This document shows, piece by piece, positions 47,385 through 60,100 of a stretch of DNA of 64,000 nt (position 1 is the first letter of the stretch; the number at the start of each line of letters is the position of its first letter). The position numbers were made by a program, and so were the translations under genes. Source of the DNA: Takakia lepidozioides (Eukaryota > Plantae > Bryophyta). The stretch spans positions 58,900,001-58,964,000 of the forward strand of contig CM060731.1 in NCBI GenBank assembly GCA_030704615.1, written 5' to 3'. Under the pieces are notes generated by a model. The model did no database searches and was not told the DNA's origin. It saw nothing but the letters and a program-made list of their open reading frames with translations.

Positions 47385-50300
47385 TCATGTAAACCACGAG
47401 CAGCTGCCTCTTACCGGGCCTGCACCACCAAGATGTGGATTCAAGTACGTTTGCACTAAGTACAGCTCAATGTAATGAGCTACAAACAGACCACACTGCC
47501 ATGTGTTGGCCTGCTGTGGAACAGGCGAGCAGAACCACCGCTTGAGGTCAGTCGCACCCTTCCACTGGGGGCTTCCTGGGCTGATTCCTCTGACCATGGC
47601 CCAGAAAGTAGCAAACAATGGCTTGAAAGCACGGTACTTGTGCAAACTTCTTATGCTATTCAAGTGAAGGTAGCGAGACAGTTCCAAGATAACCAGACTC
47701 CAATGGTCACTGCACAGGGGGGCAACAACAGCAGGTTAGTCCACATGTAGCAATGGAGCACGACCTTCTTCAAAGGTACGGCAACAAGAAGGTATAAATG
47801 CATACACATTGTACTCACTTGCATAAAATTGGCACAATAAGGGCTTCAACACCCTCACTCCTGAAGAAGGGGAACCGTCTTTGCATCCAAATCCGCACAG
47901 AGTCGACTTGATTTGCCTGCTTTGCACAATGATCGCGAAGGCATATCCATGTGAAGCTATCTACAACACGGATTTTATTGCACACATGTTCAGGAAGAGA
48001 AAGTATTTTAACTGACACCCATAAGTCCATTAGACGGTCACTAATCCACCCCTTTGCAGAGAGCAAGTCATCTGCATCTTCTAGTCTAAGAGGAACTTGC
48101 GAAACCCGAGAGCCCTTCAAAAACCATATGTCATGTGTTTTTGCCACCACTGCACCACTGGCCCGCCTGCAAAAAGACACATACCTCATTGCTATGAGAA
48201 TCCGCCCACATAATTATGCACATGCGGGCCACTTGCAAACTATGGATGGAAGGTATACCATATCATGCATGAAAAAGGGTGCACAGGCGTCGCAACTCAC
48301 AATACGTTTTCGAGGCCTTCATGTATCCTGCACATCCAAGAGCCCAATATGTCAATGCATGTGCAACGTCGTACATACACCATTTCCAATCTGGAGAGGA
48401 GAGACCGTTAACATTAAAAAAAACCACAATGGCACTGGATACTTGGACATGGTTTTGTTGTGCTGCAATGCAAGTGCTGGTTGGGGCAACGCATCCTTTG
48501 CCTTCGCAACAACCATGGTATGGATGGGCTTGGGTTTGGCAAAGGTGGCAGTGGTTGCATTTTTATTCAATGCCCGGACGCTGCCATGTACATCACCATG
48601 AAATCATGTAGTAGCCTCTGTACTGTGAGGTGTATCAGCACCATCAAACAAGATTTGGTAAGGTCACATGGGTGAAGGCAGTGCGAGAACCATCGCATTG
48701 GGGGTGGGAGGCTCTGTCCCATGTTTAAGCACTGAGGTAGCTGGGGTAACGGAAGATCCAACAGTGCTTACTGCATGTACAATAGCACCCTCATCAGTGG
48801 GACATCGCATATTAAGAAGTGGTAAACTTTGGAACTCAGTTATGTCACAGAGGGTTTGTTCTGAAGTGAAAGAGGCCACAGGGGGAGGCGGTCGACACAA
48901 TCCAGGAAATACTTGAGTGGCGCTTAGTTCCATTTCAAGTTGAGTCATGGGACCTGGTTGTGGGCACTGTATGTCACCACAAGTTTCTTCAGCAGGCAAG
49001 ATCGTTTGGGCCTGAGGGAGGACAGGATCCGACAACACATGTTCTACCACGACATTGTTGGCCTCATCAGAAGGTGTGGAATTGCATGCCATGTTAGCGG
49101 CCAAAATGAGTGCCCCCATGTTCGTATTTGTACTCAGGTGAACGAGTGCGCTTGACTGCGGTTCAAGGACAGCCGCCTCCTTATGTCCACACTTGGCATT
49201 GCAAAAACGTGCCTCATTCCTTGCGAGCCTCTCAATGTGGACCTCATGGAGGATTTGTCGGGCAGCCTCAAGTTTGTCATGTAGGCTGGATTTCCCGTAG
49301 TCAAGACAGCCTGCACACCAACATCGGCATTGTGAAAATGTGGCCGTGACAAGAAATGAAATGAGAACAACACCAGCGACATTGTTAAGAACCACCAGGA
49401 ACTGAAATGCAGTAGCACGAACCGTGATTTTTTCTTGCCCCCTGCACCATCAGTTGGTATACCACAATATTCTGAAGGCAATAGGATTCAGAATGGCGAG
49501 GTCACGCACAGCCCTGCATCGGACCTCGCGCATGAAACAATGCAGATCTTCAAAAAGGTGTTCGCGGTCCTCTTTCCGCACTTCCCGAAGGGTTGCAAGC
49601 CCTTTCACGCACCTGGGTTCGGGCTTCCTCGTATGGGGGCATGCCTCCATACAGGAAGTATCCAATCTGCAGGAAAGTCTCACCCACATTTGTAATGGCA
49701 CACTAGCCATCTTCTGTGTTGAGAAGATGATTTCGGAGAGGAGTTTCGGGGAATTGACATAGGTTTCATGTTGTGAACGTGAGACATCCAAACCAGACGG
49801 AACACCCTGCTGAAAAGCGAAATGTTTGGAGGTGGAGCGTGGTGGCGAGCAGCCTCAAGAATGACCATCAACCTATCAGATTCATCCTCAGAATGTGTGA
49901 ACATATCGGGGGGCAACTCAGGGATCTCACCTGCTGCAACAATTTGGTACAGAGGGGACCAACCCCAGATTCCCTCCTGTTTCTCATCATATTGTTCTCT
50001 ATCCCATTTTGCCATGTTGTCGTCAACAAACTGCCTTCCACGAGCCTCCAACTCAGACTGGGTTGCAATTCCTTTCATTTCGAAATCCAGCAATGCCATT
50101 ACATACTTGTGATGTGCCATCACCAGTTGGCATTCCGCCAACTGAGCGGGATGGTCACGAGTTACTCCAGGACGTATGGCAAATAGCTCCACCACATTTT
50201 CCACAATTGTCTTCTCCTCTAGAGGTGCATCAAACTGCTCCCCCGCCATTGCAGAGTCATGGAGCTGGTCAGTAATAGAGGAAGAGTAACCAAAAACCCT

Positions 50301-51430
50301 AAACTTGAAAGGCAACTTCAAACAAAATGCAAAGACACGCATCATCAAAGAAGAAGTTGTGACCATGAAGGTGCAGGCCAAGAAGAAGGTGTGTTACCCG
50401 TCGTTTAAGCCACCATTGACCAAAAGCGTTGCCCATCGTTTGGTCCCCGAACTCAAATTTCCCAATAAGAGCCACAAGACGATTGAGAAAAGAAGGCTCG
50501 TCCAGAGATGGAAATCCGTCGGGCAACAAGTCGAACTTCATCAGATATCAGTCCTGGGCATGAAACAGGTGCGGGTATGGGAGGCACAACAATATCCGAG
50601 GTCAGTAGCAACGACGCCTTGACAAAGCCTTCCCTTGCCTCTTCTCTACTTAGCGGTGCAAGGGTTGTGGACTTAAGAATGTGCACTGGAGGTCTGTCAT
50701 CTTGTCTACCTGAAGATGCAACTCCAACGTGCACTTCGGGTCGAAGACTTTGCTGCGGCACGGCAGGAGGTCGTACAAACGTAGAGTTTACAATGCGCTC
50801 AGATGGAAGACTTTCCTGTGATGGCAGAGGTGCGTCCAATGAGTCCTTTCGAATGCGCTGAGGTCTAACAGTCTGCTATGGCAGCGCAGGTGGTGCGTCC
50901 AACAACTGGAAATTGTCATCGTCATCATCATCGTCAAGGTCCACTCCCGGCTCCTTCCGAAGACTCATGTGCTTCCTGCGCTTAGGTTCTCGTGTAGTCT
51001 CTTCTGCCGTCGTCTCCTCGCGTTCTACCCTCGTCTTCATCAACTTGCAGGAAGGAGGCTTCATCCCATGCTTACTAAGAACAGCCTCCATGATGTGCCT
51101 CTGCCCCTTTTCAAAAACAGGGTACATTTTCAGTTTAGGCCCACCCTTTCCCACAGCAGCATCACAACCATTTATCCTGTGAATGTTAAGTTTCTTCTTA
51201 TCTTTATATTGCTTAAGACAGTGGATACACTTGAATGGCTTCCTATTATCATCACCGGGCTGCTCAACCCTTGCCTCTGAGTGAGCCTCGCATATGAGAT
51301 TTTCCCACTCATCAGAGTCGTACGTTTTATTGTATGTCCGACGCGCTTCGCGCATGGAGGATTGTTTCACCATATCGGCACCCACTCCAAATCCACTACC
51401 CTCCTCCTGAAGAATCCTCCAGCCGAGCAA
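47385..51430 (-). pseudogene. Multi-exon TE-borne gene: N-terminal C2HC/C2H2-like finger, unknown domain, C-terminal Ulp1/C48 protease
   Basis: GWISDRLMDLW, VVDSFTW, LIVPILC|NDHWSLVIL (intron 47710-47818 with gtgagt, ctaac branch point, tgcag), LHLNS, VPQQANTWQCGLFVAHY; FKCIHCLKQYKDKKKLNIHRINGC at ~51160-51235. Linkage of the upstream exons to the protease exons is inferred. Confidence 0.65.
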
Positions 51431-51899
51431 AGGTTGTTGGAATGTGAAAGCAAGAACTCAAACTAAAACATGAAGCATGCAAATGGACTGCAACAGACAG
51501 AAATGGCAAGCAAGAGGAAGAAAATAGCTGCAAATCACACGAACGACTTCCAAATTCTCCAAAAAAAAACCCTATACTCAAGTCGAATGAGTAATCGCTT
51601 CACCGCCACAACTCAGTCAACAGTTTATAACAGCCGCGATGCATACTCCTCAAGGAAGTGCTTGTAACACCGCTTCCGCCGGGATCATACATTTCGGGCC
51701 ATGCAAACGCCAGGTAGCTTGGAAAACCTGTCCTGTGGCTGCCATGAATTAAATCAATCAAGCATCGACGTGGGGAGTGACAGCTGAAGGGCCGCATTCG
51801 AATCGACAAGTCCACCATGTGCGTGCAAACTCGACGCGAAAAGCTCAAAAGCATGATCATCGCGATCTCCCTACGGCCATATATGAGTATTTGTCACAT

Positions 51900-52243
51900 C
51901 CTGTCATGTCAAGCCGTCCATCATCATGGGTGATTGCAGCACATGGATCATGTTGCATCCCATCCATCTTTCGTCATGCGATGTGTCCCGCGCGCGATGT
52001 TGGGTTGTGGTGACAGGTGTCATGTGCCACAGAGTTCATGTGGTGTGGTGACGGCGGGCAGGCGGGCAGGGGGATGGGGGGTGCGGGGGGGTTGAGGGGT
52101 GGGCTGACGCGGGGGCGAGGGGGCGCAGCGACCGCGAGCCACGCAGGAGCCGGCGAGGTGCGGCTGGGGTGGGCGGGGGGTGCCACGCACGCAGGACCGA
52201 AGGGGTCGCATTAAACTCCCGGGCCTTTTCTAATGTGCGCCAA
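51900..52243. mobile_element. GC-rich probable TE terminal region, homologous to 3740-4050
   Basis: See 3740-4050; similarity ends at ttttctaatgtgcgcc(c)aaa. Confidence 0.6.
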
Positions 52244-52374
52244 AGGATTTGTATGCAGCTCCATTATTGCCGACCGCGACATCCCAGATGCAAATGTGAA
52301 ATTGTCCAAAACAACAAGTGGTGCTGCTTTTATGAAATGTACCCATCGGCCAAACACAACGTACATGGTTCATA

Positions 52375-52545
52375 AAGTATGACGCCTCCTGAAGGGAGCG
52401 TAACTTATGGTGTCACTTCACCCCAAAGGCTACTTTCTTCCAGCTGAAAGGTGGACACCTTCATGACACACCAGGACCGTGGTTTGAACCCACAACCACA
52501 TCCAACGTGGTATATGCCCATTACCACTGGGCTACATGCTGGTTG
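52375..52545 (-). mobile_element. tRNA-derived SINE
   Basis: Minus strand A box TAGCCCAGTGG (52524-52534) and B box GGTTCAAACCA (52480-52490) at tRNA spacing, followed by a ~100-nt non-tRNA body. Confidence 0.6.
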
Positions 52546-55500
52546 TCTACATGGTTCATAAACCGGAGTCGAAATAGACATGATGTTGTGACTGCATCTG
52601 GGCACTGAAAGGTAATTTGTGTGTTCACCAAATCAAAGCTTTGCAAATGTTTCATATGCACTTAATGGAGGAGGGTCTCATCGCTCAGTATTATGGTTTA
52701 TTGAACAAAAAAGGGGGCATCTATCGACTAATTGTATAACCATCTTCCCTGATGCGATTACCTCTGTACTTATCACAATCATCTCATGTTTCTGCACGCG
52801 TGTCACCCGCTATACAAAGCCCATCAAGCAACATGTTGACATGTATCCAAACCAAAATACATGACATTCTCGATGTCACATCAAATGATTTGCATCTGCA
52901 ACAATCTCTGTTTCATGTTGCGACCTACAAGGAAAAAAATGTTAGGATTGCAATAACTAATTGTTGAGGGCATTGCACATCTTTGTGATGAGCCACTTTC
53001 TCTGTTTTGGATGATGGCAAAGGTAAATCTGTTGTTTATTTCAAAAATTTCTTAGAGGAACATGGAAAGCGATGTCACTCGACTGGGTCTGTCCAAAAAT
53101 ATCTATACCAATTTCTACCAGTGTCTAATCATAGGGTAGAGATTTGAAATGATTCTTGTTCAGTGGACGTAGAGAAAATAATTCCCAGTCACGACCATCT
53201 GGCATTTGAGAGGGGTTAGAATGTTGATGTAGTGCTGAAGTTGCAAACTTTTTCAAATGAGCAAAGGTGCCCCTCACACTTCTATGAAATCGCAGATTTA
53301 TTGAGCAGAATTAATGACGCCTCATGTGAAACTATGCACGTACTTTTCCTGTTAAGTCATTCTATGAGGTTGTTATCACTTCAGTTTGAGCGGTGTTGCT
53401 GATCCAGTGAACATATGAGTCGAGGAACGTCAGGCTTGCTTCATATTGCCAATCATGTAGCATTTGTAAGATCATCCATATGTGAGATCCACTGTCCCTT
53501 GGGGGCTGGGAGTTAATAGAATTATATTACGGATTAACAGATACGGTTCATGGTTCTTCTTCAAATAGGTATAACGAACGTAAAAGTGTGGTTATTTCTA
53601 ATTCACCGTGCATTCCGCTCAACATCTTGCTCGTGTACTTCAACAGTACTTAGTCAGTGTCAATCTATGGATTTCACAACATATACTGCGTCAGTAGTCT
53701 TGTGACTCCGTCAGCTTTGTTTTTCAAAAAAAAAAATTCAACTCAAATGTTGATTCAATTGATCTTGATCGATTTGTGGCAGAGTACGATTCTAATTCAA
53801 GTTATTCAAATAGCTTCCATGTAGAGTTTGAGGGGTTTTGAGACACCCCAACAGAATGAGAGATCTGATCTCTCTGTGTACGTAGCAAGCTCAGTACTAG
53901 TACTGGAAATTGGATTAGTTTTGAACGCCTAGATAGTCATAAAATACGTAAACTGTAGATTTTTTTTGCCATGGATTAAAATTTGCAGATGATCAACTTC
54001 TTGCTTGTCTACCACCACTTAATTGAAGGTGGAATGGGGATGGAATGCGTTGTGAAGGGCAGCTGCTAATGGTTTGCATTCCACATTATAATTTGTCCGT
54101 CTCCGATGCTCTGCGACCCCCGTCCAGCATCATGCACTACATGACGAATCAAGAATTGGGTGATTCCTGACTTAAGGTCAGATCATGGATTGGACAATCA
54201 AGGATCAGTTCGGTCTGTCAGATAGTCTGTACACATTTGTGCGATTGAAATCAGTTTAAAAGGTCATCATGTAGTACTTGACGCACCTGAAAGAACTAGG
54301 TTCATTTGTCAAAACAATCATAATTCTTCATTTGACCATTTGATATATTGAACCCGTTTTGCTCCACACGCTACAATGTGCATTTCTAATGTACTGTATT
54401 ATGTATGTTGTTCATAGCCTTCTTCTAAGCGAGTTTCCAATGTCTCATTACACAACGCACATCTTGTATGATGCGAACGCAATGTTAAAATGATACTGTA
54501 AGCTTTTCGTGTGCGACAATGAAAATATATTGATTGCTTCATTGGATTGATTCCGTAACAGTAATTGAATTGATATAAATTCATCCATATTTCTCCATCC
54601 ATGCACATGTATGCACACAATGAATCGAAATCATTTCATCCATAGAAGGTTGTTCCATCAGCCTACGTAATTTTCCATAGCCTCAAGAGTGTATGGTTAT
54701 TATTGTTCTATTTTTCTTTACCTTTCTTTAGCTTTTCTTCCCATTCTCCACTATGTCGAATGATAGATGGGCCCTCCCAACAACTAACTCCTCGACACAT
54801 GTATTGCACAATGGATGTTTGGAAATTGCCCCTAAGCATTCACTTGACATTTTTGTCTTTACATGGCATACTCTAGCGTCACTCTGAGTATGTACATAGG
54901 TTTTCCACAACATTCATGAGGCATCCTAATATACAAGTGTGGTTGCTACTTGTTACTCCACTTGTTAGATGCCCAATTTGTATGCTGTTGTATGGAAACC
55001 CAAATGGATCAAATCGATGTTTTATCACTTGTCATTGCATGTATCATAAATCTAATTGGGTGATTTCAGATTAGGGCTTGCAGATGGAGGAGGCGAATGT
55101 ACGCTCCTACGTTGTTGTGCTGCTGGTTTGATGTACCGCCTATAGATCGTAGGGGGGATGTTATTCCATATGCATAGGTTGCGTGCATGCATGCACAAAA
55201 ACTTCAAAAAAGAACAAGTTTGTATGCGCGCATTGTAGATTGTATGCAATGGTGTTATATAACATAAAATATTTATTTATCGTACATGCGAATGATTGGG
55301 AACAGCAAACTGGGGAGAAAAGGCGGTGAGATTGATCTTGTTCAAGTACAACATTTCCATTGCATTCTCATGGACTACTTTGCACACATCTTCTAAGTTG
55401 TGAATGTATATGTTTCACGTATTTTAAAATAAATTGGGATACAAGTTTCTTAATATACTTGTTCAATTGTTGAACATTTTGCATACATATTTATTCATCA

Positions 55501-55774
55501 ATAACTTTCAATGTATTTGTGTTCCAAGTACATGAGGTTTGTGTATGTGCATAGTAATCGATTTAAGGCTGAGTCCAAGTTTTATGATGGCTTGGAAGTT
55601 TGGTGCTCAACAGGCTTCTATATACATACCTGCAATTGAAGAAGATTGGGTGTGGAGTGCCGAGAACACGGGTGGTATTTGGATATGCCTAAGGGTACTA
55701 TCCCCTACGTAGAAATGGATCTTCATTAAGAATGTGTTCGTAAACAGACAGTGATTGATGAATGAGAGATCGCA

Positions 55775-56655
55775 CTGCTAGTCCCGAATTTTCAAGAAAA
55801 TATTTAATAAATTGGGACTATCAGCTCGTGCGGTCTCGAAATTTGGAAAAACATTTAATGAATCGGGACCGCCAACTCTGATGATTCCGATTTTTGGAAA
55901 AACATTAAATAAATCAGGACTGCCACCTCTTGCAGTCTCGATTTTTACATAATTATTTAATTAATCAGACAATCCCAATTATAAATTGAAAAATACAAAT
56001 AAACAAATGTTAGGATCGATAGCTCTCCGCAATCTTAAGTAAATAATATTTTTAAGCATTAAAAAATATTGACCGCCAACTCAAGCAGCCCCGAATTCAG
56101 TTAAAATATTTAAAAAAGAAACAAAAAGATTGGGACTGACAACATTGGCAGTCTCTAATTTAACACATTTTTATTTTTTTAGAAATAGGACGACAAACTC
56201 TGGCGTTCTCTAATTTAATTTAAAAAATGAAAAAATAAAAATTATGATAACTAGCACTGCCATTCCCGAATTTTATATAAAAATTTAAAAAATAAGAAAA
56301 ATAAAATTGTCAATAGTGTCAAATCTAATAAAAATAAATTTCAAAAAATTACGAAAAGTATGACCGCCAACTCTGGCGGTCCCATAAAATTTTAAAACAA
56401 TTTAAGAAAACTTATACATTGGGACCAATTTTATGCAAAATAAATAAAATTCAGGACCCCCAGAACTGGCGGTTGCAATTTATTAAATATTTTTTTCAAT
56501 AATGTGGGATCACCAAAGGTCGCGGTCCTGATTTGTTATATATATAAGGATTTATTTAAGTATTTAAAAAAATCGGGACCGCTAAAAATCGCAATCGTGA
56601 TTTAATAAGTATCTTTTTGATAATTCGGGACCACCACAGTTGGCGGTCGCGCATT
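55775..56655. repeat. Decayed array of GGGACCGCC..GGCGGTCCC palindromic motifs in A/T tracts
   Basis: About 60-bp periodic gggac(c/t)gcca.ctc...gcggtc(t/c)cga units, e.g. gaccgccaactctggcggtccc at 56362. Confidence 0.7.
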
Positions 56656-56669
56656 ATCAAGCTTAAAAA

Positions 56670-56880
56670 AATTCACGTCTGACATTTTTATTGTCTGTTT
56701 AGGTCACGTGGCTATTTTTTTGTATTTTTCAGCTTATGTGGCATCTTTCTTTTACTCCCTATATTTTTTAATTATTTTTATATAAAACTGATGTGACATA
56801 GGCTCACGTCAACGTCAGATCTGACGTGACTTAACGAGTTGACGTCACGTCCGTGTGCAAATTTGATACGTCACGCGTAG
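56670..56880. promoter_or_regulatory. ACGT-core cluster including the perfect palindrome ACGTCAGATCTGACGT
   Basis: About 8 ACGT cores in 210 bp; palindrome at ~56812-56827. Confidence 0.5.
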
Positions 56881-57177
56881 TTTGAAGAATTTAAGAACAG
56901 CTTGAGTGTTAATCAAACAAGTGATGCATGTTTTGAACATGTTTCCAATTTATGGGGGCTTTCAATTTCAAGCTTAAAAAAGCTAGGAGTGAACAGAGAG
57001 ATCTGATTATCTTGTGTACAAGATTGAAGATAGTACGCTTGTAGAGCATGTTTTGAGTTGGGGTTTCAATTTCAAGCCTTAGAAAAGTGCATACAATGTT
57101 TAGAAGAGTGTGTGCCATAGAAAGCTCCATAGCTTGTTTTATAATTGTTTCAATGAGTTTCATAGATAAAGATTTTT

Positions 57178-60100
57178 TGTTGCAGTGTAGCAATTTATAC
57201 GGGATCTGTAGGGTACCCTTAATTTTTGCACAGACTGAGACCAACAGGAGCCTTAGGGGTGACAGCAGCGCACTGTAGAGGGGGTTTACAGTCAACACAG
57301 CCCGTCACAACAGCCCACACAGCCACACAAGCCCGTCACAGTCGTCACAGCCCACACACCCAACACAGCCAACACAGTCGCACAGCCAGTCACAGCCCGT
57401 CACAGTTTCACACAGCCAGTCACAGCTTGACACAGCTGTCACGATCATAGGAACGAAGAGTAGGACAGGGAACGACTGTGGGGAACAACACCTGCGAAGG
57501 GAACATGTTAGTTCAGACGACGGTTAGTGAGGGAAACGGTTAGAACCGCGGATAGGAAGATAAAGGGAAAACGGGGAATTGAGGGGATCATTATTCGGAG
57601 GAGGACTTCTTAGTCAGGGAGGCGGATCAGAGGAAAAAGATGGAGAGCACTGAAGGAGGAAAGAGGATTAGTAGATGCTTGTTATATGCAAAGCGGTAGT
57701 GATATTGTAGAGCAGATTAGAGACATAATGGCTTCGGCCTGATACCTGATAAATCATAATCTGATACTTACACGATACAATCACACTGTGTAGAGAGATC
57801 TGAGTGAAGCTGTGGATTGAATGGATGAGTGAAAAAAGATTGAATTGATAAGCAAACTAATACGTTGGACCATTAAGAATGAAGTGAATCAATTCCCTGT
57901 GGAACGAAGGAAGAAAGATTGTCCAAACATTCTTTCAAAGGTTCTTGGAATTGCCAGACGGTTGTAAAGAAAATATTCTTAAACGAGTGCATGATGCTGA
58001 TCCAGAATGGGGTCTGGAGAAAGGAGTGATAAAGATTTATCAGGTAGCCTGTAGAGGAAGAGCACGTTGGTTACCAACATTGGTTTATGTGATAGCATTG
58101 CTATCCATTAAACGAGTAGAGTTTGAAGGCTGGGAAGAAAGAAAGGTGAATGTTTATACTCATATGCATGAAGAGCTTGTACTGGTAAAGAATTGGATTC
58201 CAAAGGATATTTTGTGGATCAAACTCACACCAAGAACAGCTTTTCAGACTTGTTTGCCATATGGTTATATGGTAACGGAGACTTCAAGTATAGCCAAGGG
58301 TGCATTGAAGCTTGAAAGAAACCCAGGCATATACGAGAGATATTACAGAAGAGAGTTTTGGTTATTGCCACATTAAAAGAAATGAAAGACATGGGACATG
58401 AGTGATGAAAGAGAAGCTAGACGACAGAGATATTCATCAAAAAGAGAAAGCTATCTGAAAGCTAATTATCCATATCTTTGGGAGAGAGGAATAGACATAG
58501 GGGAATCATCTGGACCTCTCACACCATCAAGATCAAAAGTGCATCACCTATACCGGAAGAACTAGAGTTGGATGCCACTCCTTCTGTTTCTTTGCAAGAA
58601 AGATTAAGGGAATTGGTACAGGAAGAAGATCAATCACGAGGTGAAAGATCTGAGGTACATCCTTGGATAAAAGACTTGACAGAAATCTTTGATAAGAGTT
58701 GGCATGGAACACCAAAAGCAGGAACTCCAGTTTCTGAAGCAGAAGATGAAGAAGGAGAAGAGGATGTGGCAGAGCCAACGGAGAGTTCAGACTCTCCAAC
58801 ACCATTACAGTTGAGTTACATGAGTGAAGAAGAAACCCAAGGGCAGAACTTGGAGGATGAAAACAGAGAGAAGAAATTAGAAGAGGAAGAATATGAAGAA
58901 GTAGACCCAACAGCTGAGGTTGAGACTACAACCAGGACATCCCAACCCGTTGGACCTGGATCAAGTGGAGCACTTGGATCACAGGCCAACGAAGGTGTCG
59001 GCTCAGGGGGATCAGGCGGGCTGCCTGGATCTGGCTCTGGGGGGACAGGGAGTGTGGGAAGTAGTGCAACTGAAGCTGGGAATACTGTGAATATCGTGGG
59101 GCCAGAAGCAAGGAGTGCTCAAGGCCACCACTTGGTGGAAGATCCACCACAAAAACAACAGGTCCAGAAGGACCAGCACCTGTCAGTGGGCAGAAGGTAG
59201 GGCCACAGATGGCGTTACAACCAACACGGGCAAAACCACCCTTTCCAATATATTCAGGAAAAGGGGATCCCGATGTACACATTAGCCAATTTGAGCACAT
59301 GTGTATAGTGAACAATGAGAATGGCGATGATGCCAAGATGAGACTGTTTCCTTGTTCACTTATCAAGAAAGCAAGTGAATGGTATGCAAGATTCCCTGAT
59401 AATCATTTCCTAACCTGGAATGGCTTGAATACAGCATTTCGAAATAGGTTCAGGACAAGTAAAACTGAGGATGAAGTGTATGGAAGTTTACAACAGCTGA
59501 AGCAGAAGAAGCATGAAACTGTTGAAGAGTATATGGAGAAGATGGAATTGATGATGAAAAAGCTGGCTGCAGTACCAGCGCCCGGTTTACAGAAGACTTG
59601 GTTTGTGAGTGGACTAAGACCAGAGTTGCAAAAGAAAGTGGATATGTTACCCCATAATACAGTGGAGGAGGCATTTGAAACTGCGAACAGAATTGAGCAA
59701 TTGGGAATGCTCAGGAGAGAGAAAAAAGAAGATGAGGACTCTGAGGATGAGTCAGATGAAGAAGAAGAGCAAGAACTAAAAAGAAAGAGTAAGAGAAAGG
59801 AGAAGTTGAAGAGGGATAACTATGAAAAAAAATTGGAAGAAATCTTGAAGAAGTATGCCACAGAGGCTGCAACACATTGGAGGAAGGGTGTATGGTGTGC
59901 AAAGTGCCAGAATGAAGGCCATACCACCACAGAATGCCACATGAAGGAGAAACACTGTACTATCTGTAAATGGATAACCATTCTACTGAGAATTTGTTAC
60001 TACAACAGAAGGACAGCTGCAAGAGAACCTAGGCAAGTAAGGGTGCATCAGGTGCAGCCCCAGCCAAGAAGAACAATGATCAGGACCACTATGGTAGGTC

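Noticed and set aside
52600-55770. Possible decayed coding fragments
   Set aside because: No motif I can support; left unannotated.
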